DNA of 64,000 nucleotides from Octopus vulgaris (Eukaryota): NCBI GenBank assembly GCA_951406725.2, contig OX597816.1, positions 14,260,001 to 14,324,000 of the forward strand, read 5' to 3'. Shown piece by piece: positions 54,470 to 64,000 of this stretch (position 1 is its first letter; each line of letters starts with the position of its first letter). The notes under the pieces were generated by a model. It saw only the letters and a program-made list of their open reading frames with translations, ran no database searches and was not told where the DNA came from. The position numbers and the translations under genes were made by a program.

Positions 54470-56182
54470 ATATGAAAAAACAAGTCAAAAATAGAAAATG
54501 CTAAAATAATTTTATAGTGAACATTTCAGTACCGGTTTCGGTCATTTTGAGACCTTTTCAACTGTAACGATTAAATAATTAAATTTAGAAAAATTAGAAG
54601 AAAAGTTTTTTTAAAAGAATATTTCTATAGTAGTGTTCAGATTTAAGTGGCATTCTGCCTTTCTCTGACTCCCTTGTTTGCACTTGTGTATTGGAGGTCG
54701 TTGTGAGTTCTTGGTAGGGTAGTAGAGGAAGAAGGCTGGTGAGGAAAGGGGGTGGGAGAATCTGGGAGTGCCCTGATGGTCGTATTTTGAATGGTCAGTG
54801 GCGGCTGGCAGTCTCAGTTCAATTCAGGAGAATATTTATATTGACAGGCTTGTTTATAGAATTAGCGTAGGTGTTATACTAAAAAGCATTAGTGACAAAG
54901 TTAAGGGGTAGGGGGTGGAGAAGAAGAAGAAGAAGAAGAAGAAGAAGAAGAAGAAGACGATGTTGATGATGATGATGATGAAGAAGAAGAAGAAGAAGAA
55001 GAAGAAGAAGAAGAAGAAGAAGAAGAAGAAGAAGAAGAAGAAGAAGGAGAAGATGACGATGATGGTGATGGTGGTGATGATTATGACGACGATGATGATG
55101 ATAATGATGATGATGAAGAAGAAGAAGAAGAAGGAGAAGGAGAAGATGGTGGTGATGATGGTGGTGATGATGATGACGACGATGATGATGATAATGATGA
55201 TGATGAAGAAGAAGAGGAAGAAGAAGGAGAAGAAAAAAACAGAGAAGGGAGAATATGAAAGGGTGTAAGTTTAGCTATGATGGGGCTGATTAGTAATGGA
55301 TTCTATGGAGTGTAATATTTGTGTGTGCATATATTTCTTTTATTCTAAAGTTGAGGTATATTAATTGTTTGTCGTAGACCCGTTAAAAAGTGGCTTGTAT
55401 TTTGTAATAAAGAGATTTTCTTTACTTATTCGTTGTCTCGAGGTTGTATCGTCCCTAAATTGGTAGAGGGGAAAATTCTGAAGTTTGGTGTTTTTTTGTT
55501 GGCGCAAGTATCTATGTGTTGGCTAAAAGCTATTTTTTCTGTTTTGGGGAATTTTTATCTGGGATCTGTGCAGGGCCATTCGTTTACGCAAACCATTTTT
55601 TGTTTGGCCTATGTACTGCTCTTGACATCCGGAGCAGGTTAGTGAGTATATTAGGTTCTCCGAAGCACATGTGAAGTTGCTTTTCACTGTAAACCGTTGT
55701 CCCTGTTTGAAGGAGAACTCTGATCCCTCAATTAGATAGTCGCATATCCCGCAATTAGGTCTTCCACATTTTTTTACTGTCGGCTTCTGTGTTGAAGAGT
55801 GAATTCGGGCTTGTGTAAGGAGACTTTTCATGGATCTAGGCTGTCTTTTGCTTTTTATGATCGTGTGTGTTTGGAGGATTGTGTTCATTCTGTGGTCTTT
55901 TTTTAGGAGGGGTATGTTGTGGAGGATGGTGTCGAAGGCTTCGTTATTGAGAGGGTTGTGTGTGGAGATGTATGGTAAGGCTTTTGGTTGTAAGTTTTTC
56001 TTTGATTTGGGATGTCTCAGTTCCTTGATGTTAAGTTGAAGGGCACGTTGAATGCACTTGTCAATAAGTGAAGGTGGATAGTTCCTGGTGATAAGGGTAT
56101 CTTTTAGTTCTTGTAGTCGTGTGTCTCTGGTGTTTGCGTTAGAGACTATAGTGCATATCCTTTTTGCTAGATTGAAGGAGAT
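54470..56182 (-). repeat. Inverted 1.7-kb duplicate of the PLE 3' portion (RT thumb end, GIY-YIG, 3' UTR, HHR at 54527-54564)
   Basis: ORF 55523-55888(-) matches part of 58702-59673(+); junction at ..attgaaggagat|gaagaaatac. Confidence 0.95.
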
Positions 56183-57382
56183 GAAGAAATACTGAAAGAA
56201 CTCAAGAAAATCAACACAAATTTGTCAACATTTTTGAACAAATTCGACTCGACACATCAACCCAATCGAGAGAACAATGAGGAAACAGATACGAAAAATA
56301 CAACCTCCGAAATTGTCGAAAACCTTGGAAACTTATGCGAAACAATTAGAACATTTTTCTCTAACAACGCTAACCAAGGACCTCCAAACGCGTCAATACA
56401 TGGGATCAATACTTTAACAACATACCAAATGAAACACCACATAATACCACAATGGAACAAATCACTCAGAGATAGAAAGTTCGCCTTTTGGAAGATGATC
56501 CAAAACAACAACAAAGCGGATATATACGAAAAATGGCTCAACCGGACCCCGTTAATCCTCCCACGTAAATTCCAGTTCAAAGCTATTACAGAAGAACCTG
56601 AAACACAAAGACACCTCAGGGAGAGAATGGCACTGGAAAAAATGAAAATGGAAATAGAACTTCTGAAATTGAGGGCCCAAACGAATGAGGATAAAATAAA
56701 ATCCACCGATGAAGATATCAACGAAGAAATTCGCAAAATGACCCAAGGCCCAGATCAAGAGAAGTTCTCCAAACTATGGAAAGAGGACTGTGAAAAAGAA
56801 GAACTAAAATCTCTCCAACGCTGGGAGAAAAGCGCCACTTGGTTCTCAGACTATGAAGCCGTCTTTCAAACAGAGCACGCCTCCAACAACTCTTTCCAGA
56901 AAATAAGAAAACCAAAACAACACCCAAACACCGATACACACCTGTCTAAAAATCGGAACCTTCACTACTATCAAAAAAAGAATACAGGACCTAACCCTAA
57001 CTCTGCAAGCAGCCAGCGATACAATATCAGGAATACCCCCACTTCAAGCAGAGAAAGGATAAATCAACACCCACAGCATAGACACTGCAACCTTATCCCC
57101 ACCCAAAGGAGTTACCACCGAAATCTTCGTCCCATCAACCGGTTAAACAACCATGCACAACAAACCCACACCACTTGCAATGATTACCAACGAAGGCCTC
57201 CTAGAACACCACACCCGAATATGGGATATCGGGATGCTCTCCTCAATACTGCTCCAAGAACACACACCATAAATCACAACAGGAGACCCCACATCAACAA
57301 AGAACAACTATATACTAGCTACCGTCCCAACCACCGCATTCATTTTTTAGACCCAATACGCAAACACAGAGACACAAGATAG
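56183..57382 (+). CDS. PLE ORF1 (predicted coiled-coil region + basic low-complexity tail), 5'-truncated at the inversion junction
   Basis: Frame open from the junction (EEILKELKKINTNL..) to TAG at 57380-57382; heptad-like ERMALEKMKMEIELLKLRAQTNEDKIK. Confidence 0.8.
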   Translation, partial: EEILKELKKINTNLSTFLNKFDSTHQPNRENNEETDTKNTTSEIVENLGNLCETIRTFFSNNANQGPPNASIHGINTLTTYQMKHHIIPQWNKSLRDRKFAFWKMIQNNNKADIYEKWLNRTPLILPRKFQFKAITEEPETQRHLRERMALEKMKMEIELLKLRAQTNEDKIKSTDEDINEEIRKMTQGPDQEKFSKLWKEDCEKEELKSLQRWEKSATWFSDYEAVFQTEHASNNSFQKIRKPKQHPNTDTHLSKNRNLHYYQKKNTGPNPNSASSQRYNIRNTPTSSRERINQHPQHRHCNLIPTQRSYHRNLRPINRLNNHAQQTHTTCNDYQRRPPRTPHPNMGYRDALLNTAPRTHTINHNRRPHINKEQLYTSYRPNHRIHFLDPIRKHRDTR

Positions 57383-59673
57383 CACCAAACAAGCAGGAGG
57401 AACCAAAAGTAATAAAAATTATTAATCTAACTCACAAGGAACTAACAGCAAACCAAATAAACATACTTTCCAAAGGACTCAAGTTTACACCCACCCCACA
57501 ACACCCCAACTACAATGAAATGAAAGAAGACATCGCAGAATTCTGCAGAAAATTAAGACTTACTGAGGAGCTATACGATAAATACAACGAGGACGAATCG
57601 TTAGCCAGAAATAGGAGTAACTACACCCCCTCGAAAGGTAAGAATAAAACACTTGATGATTTCTGTGACCACATATCAAATTACCCATATCAACATATGC
57701 ACAAACAAAAACACAAACCAAACTTCAGCAAAAAAGAATGGGCAGAGTTGAACAAATTAAAACTAGATAAAACAATAACAATCAAAGAGGCCGATAAAGG
57801 GAGTGCTGTTGTCTTAATGGATACGACATTTTACATAACTTTGGTACTTTCTATGCTGGAAGACACAACATACTATGAAAAGGCACAAAACTACAGTCAA
57901 CAAAAAATAATGAGGGAACTAAAATCCATATTAAACCCATACAAAGCAGGGCTCACCGACAAAGAATATGATTATATGACCAATTTCACAAGTAAAACTA
58001 GCCAATTCTACGGTATACCTAAGATCCACAAAAGTGAAAAAATCAGCAACGCATGCAAGATAGCTACAGACAAAATAATTAAAGTCCCTAATCCTAATGA
58101 CCTCAAATTGAGACCCATAATAGCAGGTCACGCATGTGAAACCCACCGCCTCAGTAACTTTTTAGACACCCTGTTAAAACCACTCCTCAAACATGTCAAA
58201 AGCTATATAAGGGACGACTTAGATATGCTCAATCACCTACCGAATACTATAAACAAAAACACCATACTGGTATCCTTCGATGTAGTCAACCTCTACTCCA
58301 ATATCCCCCACAACCTAGGACTAGAGGCAATCCAATTCTGGCTAGAGAATCACGCCAACGAACTACCACACCGCATCAAAAAAGAATTTGTGATAGAAGG
58401 GGTTAAATTCATCCTGGAAAATAACTTCTTCGCCTTCAATGACAACTTCTACCGACAAAAATCGGGGACTGCGATGGGTACACGAATGGCCCCCTCCTTT
58501 GCCAACCTAGTCATAGGATACCTAGAGATCAGTCTGTATCGTAAGGTTCTAGAAAGATATGGCAGCCCTTTCTCCATCTACATAGAAAACAACTGGAAGA
58601 GATATCTAGATGACTGTTTCATCCTTTGGCATAAAAATATAGAAAAACTCATAGAATTCCAGAAAATTTTAAACGGACTGGACGTAAACATCTAATTCAC
58701 GATGGAATATAGCCAACAACAACTCCCCTTCCTCGATATCCTCATTAAGAAAGCTAATAATATAATAGAAACAGACATATACTATAAGCCTACAGACTCT
58801 AAGCAATATCTTCCATTCAATTCATGCCACCCCAGACACACCAGGATGAATATCTCCTTCAATCTAGCAAAAAGGATATGCACTATAGTCTCTAACGCAA
58901 ACACCAGAGACACACGACTACAAGAACTAATAGATACCCTTATCACCAGGAACTATCCACCTTCACTTATTGACAAGTGCATTCAACGTGCCCTTCAACT
59001 TAACATCAAGGAACTGAGACATCCCAAATCAAAGAAAAACTTACAACCAAAAGCCTTACCATACATCTCCACACACAACCCTCTCAATAACGAAGCCTTC
59101 GACACCATCCTCCACAACATACCCCTCCTAAAAAAAGACCACAGAATGAACACAATCCTCCAAACACACACGATCATAAAAAGCAAAAGACAGCCTAGAT
59201 CCATGAAAAGTCTCCTTACACAAGCCCGAATTCACTCTTCAACACAGAAGCCGACAGTAAAAAAATGTGGAAGACCCAATTGCGGGATATGCGACTATCT
59301 AATTGAGGGATCAGAGTTCTCCTTCAAACAGGGACAACGGTTTACAGTGAAAAGCAACTTCACATGTGCTTCGGAGAACCTAATATACTCACTAACCTGC
59401 TCCGGGTGTCAAGAGCAGTACATAGGCCAAACAAAAAATGGTTTGCGTAAACGAATGGCCCTGCACAGATCCCAGATAAAAATTCCCCAAAACAGAAAAA
59501 TAGCTTTTAGCCAACACATAGATACTTGCGCCAACAAAAAAACACCAAACTTCAGAATTTTCCCCCTCTACCAATTTAGGGACGATACAACCTCGAGACA
59601 ACGAATAAGTAAAGAAAATCTCTTTATTACAAAATACAAGCCACTTTTTAACGGGTCTACGACAAACAATTAA
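57319..59673 (+). pseudogene. PLE reverse transcriptase-GIY-YIG endonuclease ORF2 with one in-frame TAA at 58693-58695
   Basis: IINLTHKELT..LSKGLKFTPTP, KEADKG, FYGIPKIHK, LRPII, SFDVVNLYSNIP, GTAMGT, RYLDD, NI*FTME, LPFLDI, CGRPNCGIC, NLIYSLTCSGCQEQYIGQT, R...H. Confidence 0.93.
57343..57349 (+). promoter_or_regulatory. Candidate -1 ribosomal frameshift heptamer U-UUU-UUA
   Basis: ORF1 codons caT TTT TTA; the -1 frame is the RT frame, open from 57319. Confidence 0.6.
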
Positions 59674-60445
59674 TATACCTCAACTTTAGAATAAAAGAAA
59701 TATATACACACACAAATATTACACTCCATAGAATCCATTACTAATCAGCCCCATCATAGCTAAACTTACACCCTTTCATATTCTCCCTTCTCTGTTTTTT
59801 TCTTCTCCTTCTTCTTCCTCTTCTTCTTCATCATCATCATTATCATCATCATCGTCATCATCATCATCACCACCATCATCACCACCATCTTCTTCTTCTT
59901 CTTCTTCTTCTTCATCATCATCATTATCATCATCATCGTCGTCATAATCATCACCACCATCACCATCATCGTCATCTTCTCCTCCTCTCCTTCTTCTTCT
60001 TCTTCTTCTTCTTCTTCATCATCATCATCATCAACATCGTCTTCTTCTTCTTCTTCTTCTTCTTCTTCTTCTTCTTCTTCTTCTTCTACTTCTCCACCCC
60101 TACCCCTTAACTTTGTCACTAATGCTTTTTAGTATAACACCTACGCTAATTCTATAAACAAGCCTGTCAATATAAATATTCTCCTGAATTGAACTGAGAC
60201 TGCCAGCCGCCACTGACCATTCAAAATACGACCATCAGGGCACTCCCAGATTCTCCCACCCCTTTCCTCACCAGCCTTCTTCCTCTACTGCCCTACCAAG
60301 AACTCACAACGACCTCCAATACACAAGTGCAAACAAGGGAGTCAGAGAAAGGCAGAATGCCACTTAAATCTGAACACTACTATAGAAATATTCTTTTAAA
60401 AAAACTTTTCTTCTAATTTTTCTAAATTTAATTATTTAATCGTTA

Positions 60446-60483
60446 CAGTTGAAAAGGTCTCAAAATGACCGAAACCGGTACTG
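60446..60483 (+). ncRNA. Minimal hammerhead ribozyme, U3-A8 variant, at the PLE 3' end
   Basis: cag-TTGAAAA-ggtc/tcaaaat/gacc-GAAA-ccgg-TA-ctg; palindromic ACCGGT stem III; GUA triplet ending at 60480. Confidence 0.8.
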
Positions 60484-60532
60484 AAATGTTCACTATAAAA
60501 TTATTTTAGCATTTTCTATTTTTGACTTGTTT

Positions 60533-60586
<54 letters not shown>

Positions 60587-60733
60587 CGGCGTACGTACCC
60601 TCAAGATTAATCAGCCAAAATTGCGAGGATGATCCGGTTCTTGACTGAAGATTGAAGACTTCGAATGTCCCGTCCGTGATTTTTGCATCGTCTTCTAAAT
60701 GTTTTGCGTTCTTGTCCCAGTTTGTATTTTTTT

Positions 60734-60785
<52 letters not shown>

Positions 60786-60788
<3 letters not shown>

Positions 60789-60997
60789 ATCCAAACAAGA
60801 AAACACAAAAAAAACACAAAAAAACACAGCAACGCGAGGACGTGGAACAAATAAAGTATTATTGGACGCTCAGGAAAGAAGGGAAGGAGGGTTTAACGTT
60901 TTGAGCGGAGCTCTTCGTCGGAAACAAAGGAGAAGGAAAGATCCCAAGAAGGGAAGACAGAGGAAAAAAAATTGCTGGCGATGCTCACGAGGTCACA
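60786..60997 (-). mobile_element. PLE-derived terminal fragment (copy of 2816-3028) with a mutated HHR at 60891-60925
   Basis: Near identity to 2816-3028; (TA)n on both sides. Confidence 0.75.
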
Positions 60998-61046
60998 TAT
61001 ATATATATAGGTAAGAGAATTGGTGTATGAAAGCACGTGGTTGGCT

Positions 61047-61383
61047 GTATAAAAAATAAAAAAGAGGGAAAAAACTACAAAAGGCTTGTATTATAAGGTT
61101 AGTTTTTAGAGAAATAACCGGTTTCGTATATTCTTTTCAAATTTCTCAAATTTCTTTACCTACATCGTGTCATGGAATTCTTCACTTCATAACGAAGACA
61201 TTACACGATGTAGGTAAAGAAATTTGAGAAATTTGAAAAGAATATACGAAACCAGTTATTTCTCCAAAAATTATGTTACTATACAAAAACATTTTCTAGC
61301 ATTTTTCTAACATAACGACTTAAAATTATTCTTTAACCTTATAACACAAGCCTTCTGTAGTTTTTTCACTCTTTTTAATTTTA
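61047..61383. repeat. Fold-back with two mirror HHR-like motifs (- 61109-61147; + 61226-61264)
   Basis: Inner arms 61109-61170 and 61203-61264; outer arms ~61047-61100 and ~61334-61383. Confidence 0.85.
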
Positions 61384-61391
61384 TATATATA

Positions 61392-61821
61392 CTAGCAGCA
61401 TAGCCCGGCATTGCCCGGGTATGTAAGAGCCCCTAGTAGGCAACGACTAATCCCAATCTAGTTCTTTCCCTCTAAGCAACGAAGGCGCATGTGTAGGTTG
61501 CAATGTCTTCTCTTCACTCGAATACTTCTATGTAAACGATGTTCCTAGCTGTCTCCCGATTGCAAGTTGCGAAAACTACAACAGAAAATGTGTTGCATAT
61601 AAAAAGCTTAGACTCTCGACACCATGTCGAATTTATCAATTATTTTCAGAACTGGGGGAACTTTTCAAAATTTTCGCTGCGTTAGTTTTGAATTATGACA
61701 TTGGGCTATGTGTGTGTCAAGTTTCATGAGAATCGGTTGAAAGCCGTGGTCAGGGTGAGGGTACAACCTGACAGCCACACAGACACACAGACAGACAAAC
61801 TGCCGTTTATATATAGAGAGA
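61392..61821 (-). mobile_element. Non-autonomous Helitron
   Basis: On the minus strand: 5' TC start, 3' hairpin cccgggcaatgccggg followed by CTAG, inserted between A and T. Confidence 0.85.
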
Positions 61822-62420
61822 TATATGCACACATTTTATACACTGTTCCCTGTGTGTTTGCGTATGTGATTCTTGTACATATGTGCGTGTATTTGTGTCC
61901 GTGTATTTGTGTGTGACACGATATATGCCTGTAAAGTGTGTCCCATAACAAGGTAAATTTAGGGGGGAAAAATATTTGTTTTGTTGTGCTTCATTGAAAC
62001 CTTCAGCATTAGATTTTAGATAGTTTATTAAATCTAATCAACGGATATTGTTCCTCGTTGTTTGCAGACTGTAAATATTTGAATGTAAATGTTAGCCACT
62101 TCAAACCTTGGTAACGAGTAAGCAGACTCGATTTTAAATCTCTGCTGAATAAATAGAGTTGTATTGTCAATGAAGATACGCTTATATCTATCAATAACAA
62201 GTGTTCAAATTTTATCGATATATGTATCAAAAGAATCTAATCTGTTAAACGATAATGAGGAGATAACAGACCATTGTTTAGTTATAATTTATTCCGACTT
62301 TTATCTCATAGTCTGTTGAATATTGATTTTTAGTTCAATGCATATTTTTATATGGAGAGTTTATCGTCGATAGAAGCGGCCACTAGACTTATTTCGATGG
62401 ATCTGTAAAATATATCAAAA

Positions 62421-63248
62421 TATAGTGATACCTCGCAATACGAATATAATTCGTTCTATGACCTAGTTCGTCTTACGATTTACTCGTTTTACAAATCAAT
62501 TTTCCCATTCAAATTAACTAAAATATAATTAATTCGTTCCAGGCCCCCCAAACCACTCAAAAATAATTTTTTATGGATTTTAAAATACAAAAGATGTTGT
62601 TGGCATCCTTTTTGTCTCGGGAGACAAAGGAGATGCGCATAAAATAATCTAGTCCGAATTTTACATTTCATGTCCTAATATATCTCCTGCTATGGCTGTG
62701 TAGTCCTATCCTGGACAAACACTCCCTCTGGCAGGTGCTGCAAATGTAGCGAAGACTTTGCCTGGCTGGTTGTAATGTCATACTTTCTTGTTGACGTCTT
62801 TTCTTGTCTTTCCATTTCTCCTTTCTCTCTATGTCACTCGTTGCGTTCCCTCTTTTACGGTACGTCGCCAATCTCCACGGTTGCTGGCAACGGCTTCCCA
62901 GTTGTTAATATTTATGTTGCAGGCCTTCATGTCCCTTTTGCAAACATCCTTGTATCGTAAGAACGGTCTTCTCCCAGACCTAGTGCCCCTAGCAAGCTCT
63001 CTATTGAGTGTCCTTGGGGATTCTCCCATCTTTCAAGTTACAAGTAAAACGACAATTATAACAAAGAGAATGCAATAGAAATATGTAAACTGGTTTCATT
63101 AACTGAATTGCCATAAGTATGGAACGAATTGTTTGCTCGTACTGCGAATTTTCGCTCGTACTTCGAGCCAAAAGTTCGCACGATTCTCGGCTCGTATAGC
63201 AAATTACTCGTACAATGATGCCCTTGTACTACGTGGTTCTATTGTATA
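62421..63248. mobile_element. Tigger/pogo-like DNA element relic interrupted by an RTE fragment
   Basis: Degenerate TIRs tatagtgatacctcgcaatacga / tgtactacgtggttctattgta with ctcgta subterminal repeats. Confidence 0.55.
62668..63030 (-). pseudogene. RTE (BovB-like) LINE 3' coding fragment
   Basis: ELARGTRSGRRPFLRYKDVCKRDMKAC.I....WE..A.NR..WR..V.EG and CSTCQRECLSRIGLHSHSRR, frameshifted. Confidence 0.85.
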
Positions 63249-63302
63249 ATACATTCCCCACATTGTCGTAAAACTGCAAATCTGGTAGTATGCTTAATCC
63301 GC

Positions 63303-63665
63303 TACGACGACGAGGGTTCCAGTTGATCCGCTCAACGGAACAGCCTGCTCGAGAACTTAACGTGCAAGTGGCTGAGAACTGTATTCTAAACGTAGTTCTG
63401 AAGGCGATTCAGTGTGACACAGAATTTCTAGCGGCGCGTTGTGCCTCTCAGCAGAACACTTTATTTCACGTTGTTCTGGTCCACTCAGCCAGCAAAATTA
63501 AGTTGTATCTGTGTTTCAAAGAGCCAGCCTTGTCACATGGTATGTCATGCTGAATTCTCTCTGAGAATTACATGAAGGGTATGCTTGCCTGTGGGGGTTT
63601 TCAGCCACTTGCACGCTAATTTCACGAGTAGACTGTTCCGTTGATTGGATCAGCTGGAATCCCCA
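63303..63665. mobile_element. Inverted pair of SINE family D fragments (- 63303-63422; + 63430-63665)
   Basis: ggttccagttgatcc..aacggaacagcc is mirrored by ctgttccgttgattggatcagctggaatc. Confidence 0.75.
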
Positions 63666-64000
63666 TCAGAGGGCCAGTTTTATGTGTTAGCATACACTTG
63701 AAATAGTTTCAATAGCGTAAGGTTAACTAAGTTCAAATAACCTGACGTTACAGAAGAAAGAAGAAGAAAGAAGACATGCACCCAACACCAGAGCTGAAGA
63801 CACCTCCGAAAGGGGCGTGGGTGCCACGTCAAAACGGTAGTGGACTAGGGGCCGATACCGGACGTGGTTTCTCCTGATGATGTCTTGAGCTAACTGGATC
63901 CGATAAAGGAGCTGTTGTGGTAGCAGACCACGAAACACGGTTGAAATTCCTCCATTTTGCCTTTCATTTCTCGGGTCGATAAAATCAAGTAACAACCAAG

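Larger units (their letters stand above)
54470..60538 (+). mobile_element. Penelope-like retroelement (GIY-YIG-containing, Neptune/Naiad-like Cys linker) preceded by an inverted copy of its 3' end, in (TA)n
   Basis: RT and GIY-YIG ORFs; 54470-56182 is the reverse complement of ~58852-60540; terminal HHR; (TA)n flanks. Confidence 0.95.

Noticed and set aside
54915-55268. Poly-Lys/Met ORF (and its counterpart at 59766-60119)
   Set aside because: Antisense reading of the (CTT)/(CAT) tracts in the PLE 3' UTR.
58693-58695. Selenocysteine recoding, as reported for some Naiad PLEs
   Set aside because: The in-frame stop is TAA, not TGA, and is not at a Cys position.

Overview
AT-rich, microsatellite-saturated animal genomic DNA, most likely an octopus, judged from the tRNA-derived SINE families and the (TA)n/(TACA)n/(AAT)n load. 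Nearly all ORF-track entries are microsatellite or SINE artefacts. Real content: (1) three spliced exons (46943-47129, 48794-49005, 49730-49942, +) of a 16-Cys Argos/scoloptoxin-11-like protein whose 5' exon was not found. (2) A near-complete Penelope-like retroelement (PLE, 54470-60538) with a 1.7-kb inverted 3' copy, a coiled-coil ORF1 overlapping the RT/GIY-YIG frame at an in-phase U-UUU-UUA slippery site, one nonsense codon, and a U3-A8 variant minimal hammerhead ribozyme (HHR) near each end. (3) More than 15 minimal HHR-like motifs from several PLE-derived families, many in fold-back units inside (TA)n or (AAT)n. (4) RLE-type non-LTR fragments abutting (TAA)n or (CATA)n, plus RTE, Helitron, hAT, mariner/Tigger and a CMC-like transposase relic. 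(5) Four SINE families, one of which forms multimers inside single target-site duplications (TSDs). All calls were read by eye with no database searches, and repeat boundaries are approximate.
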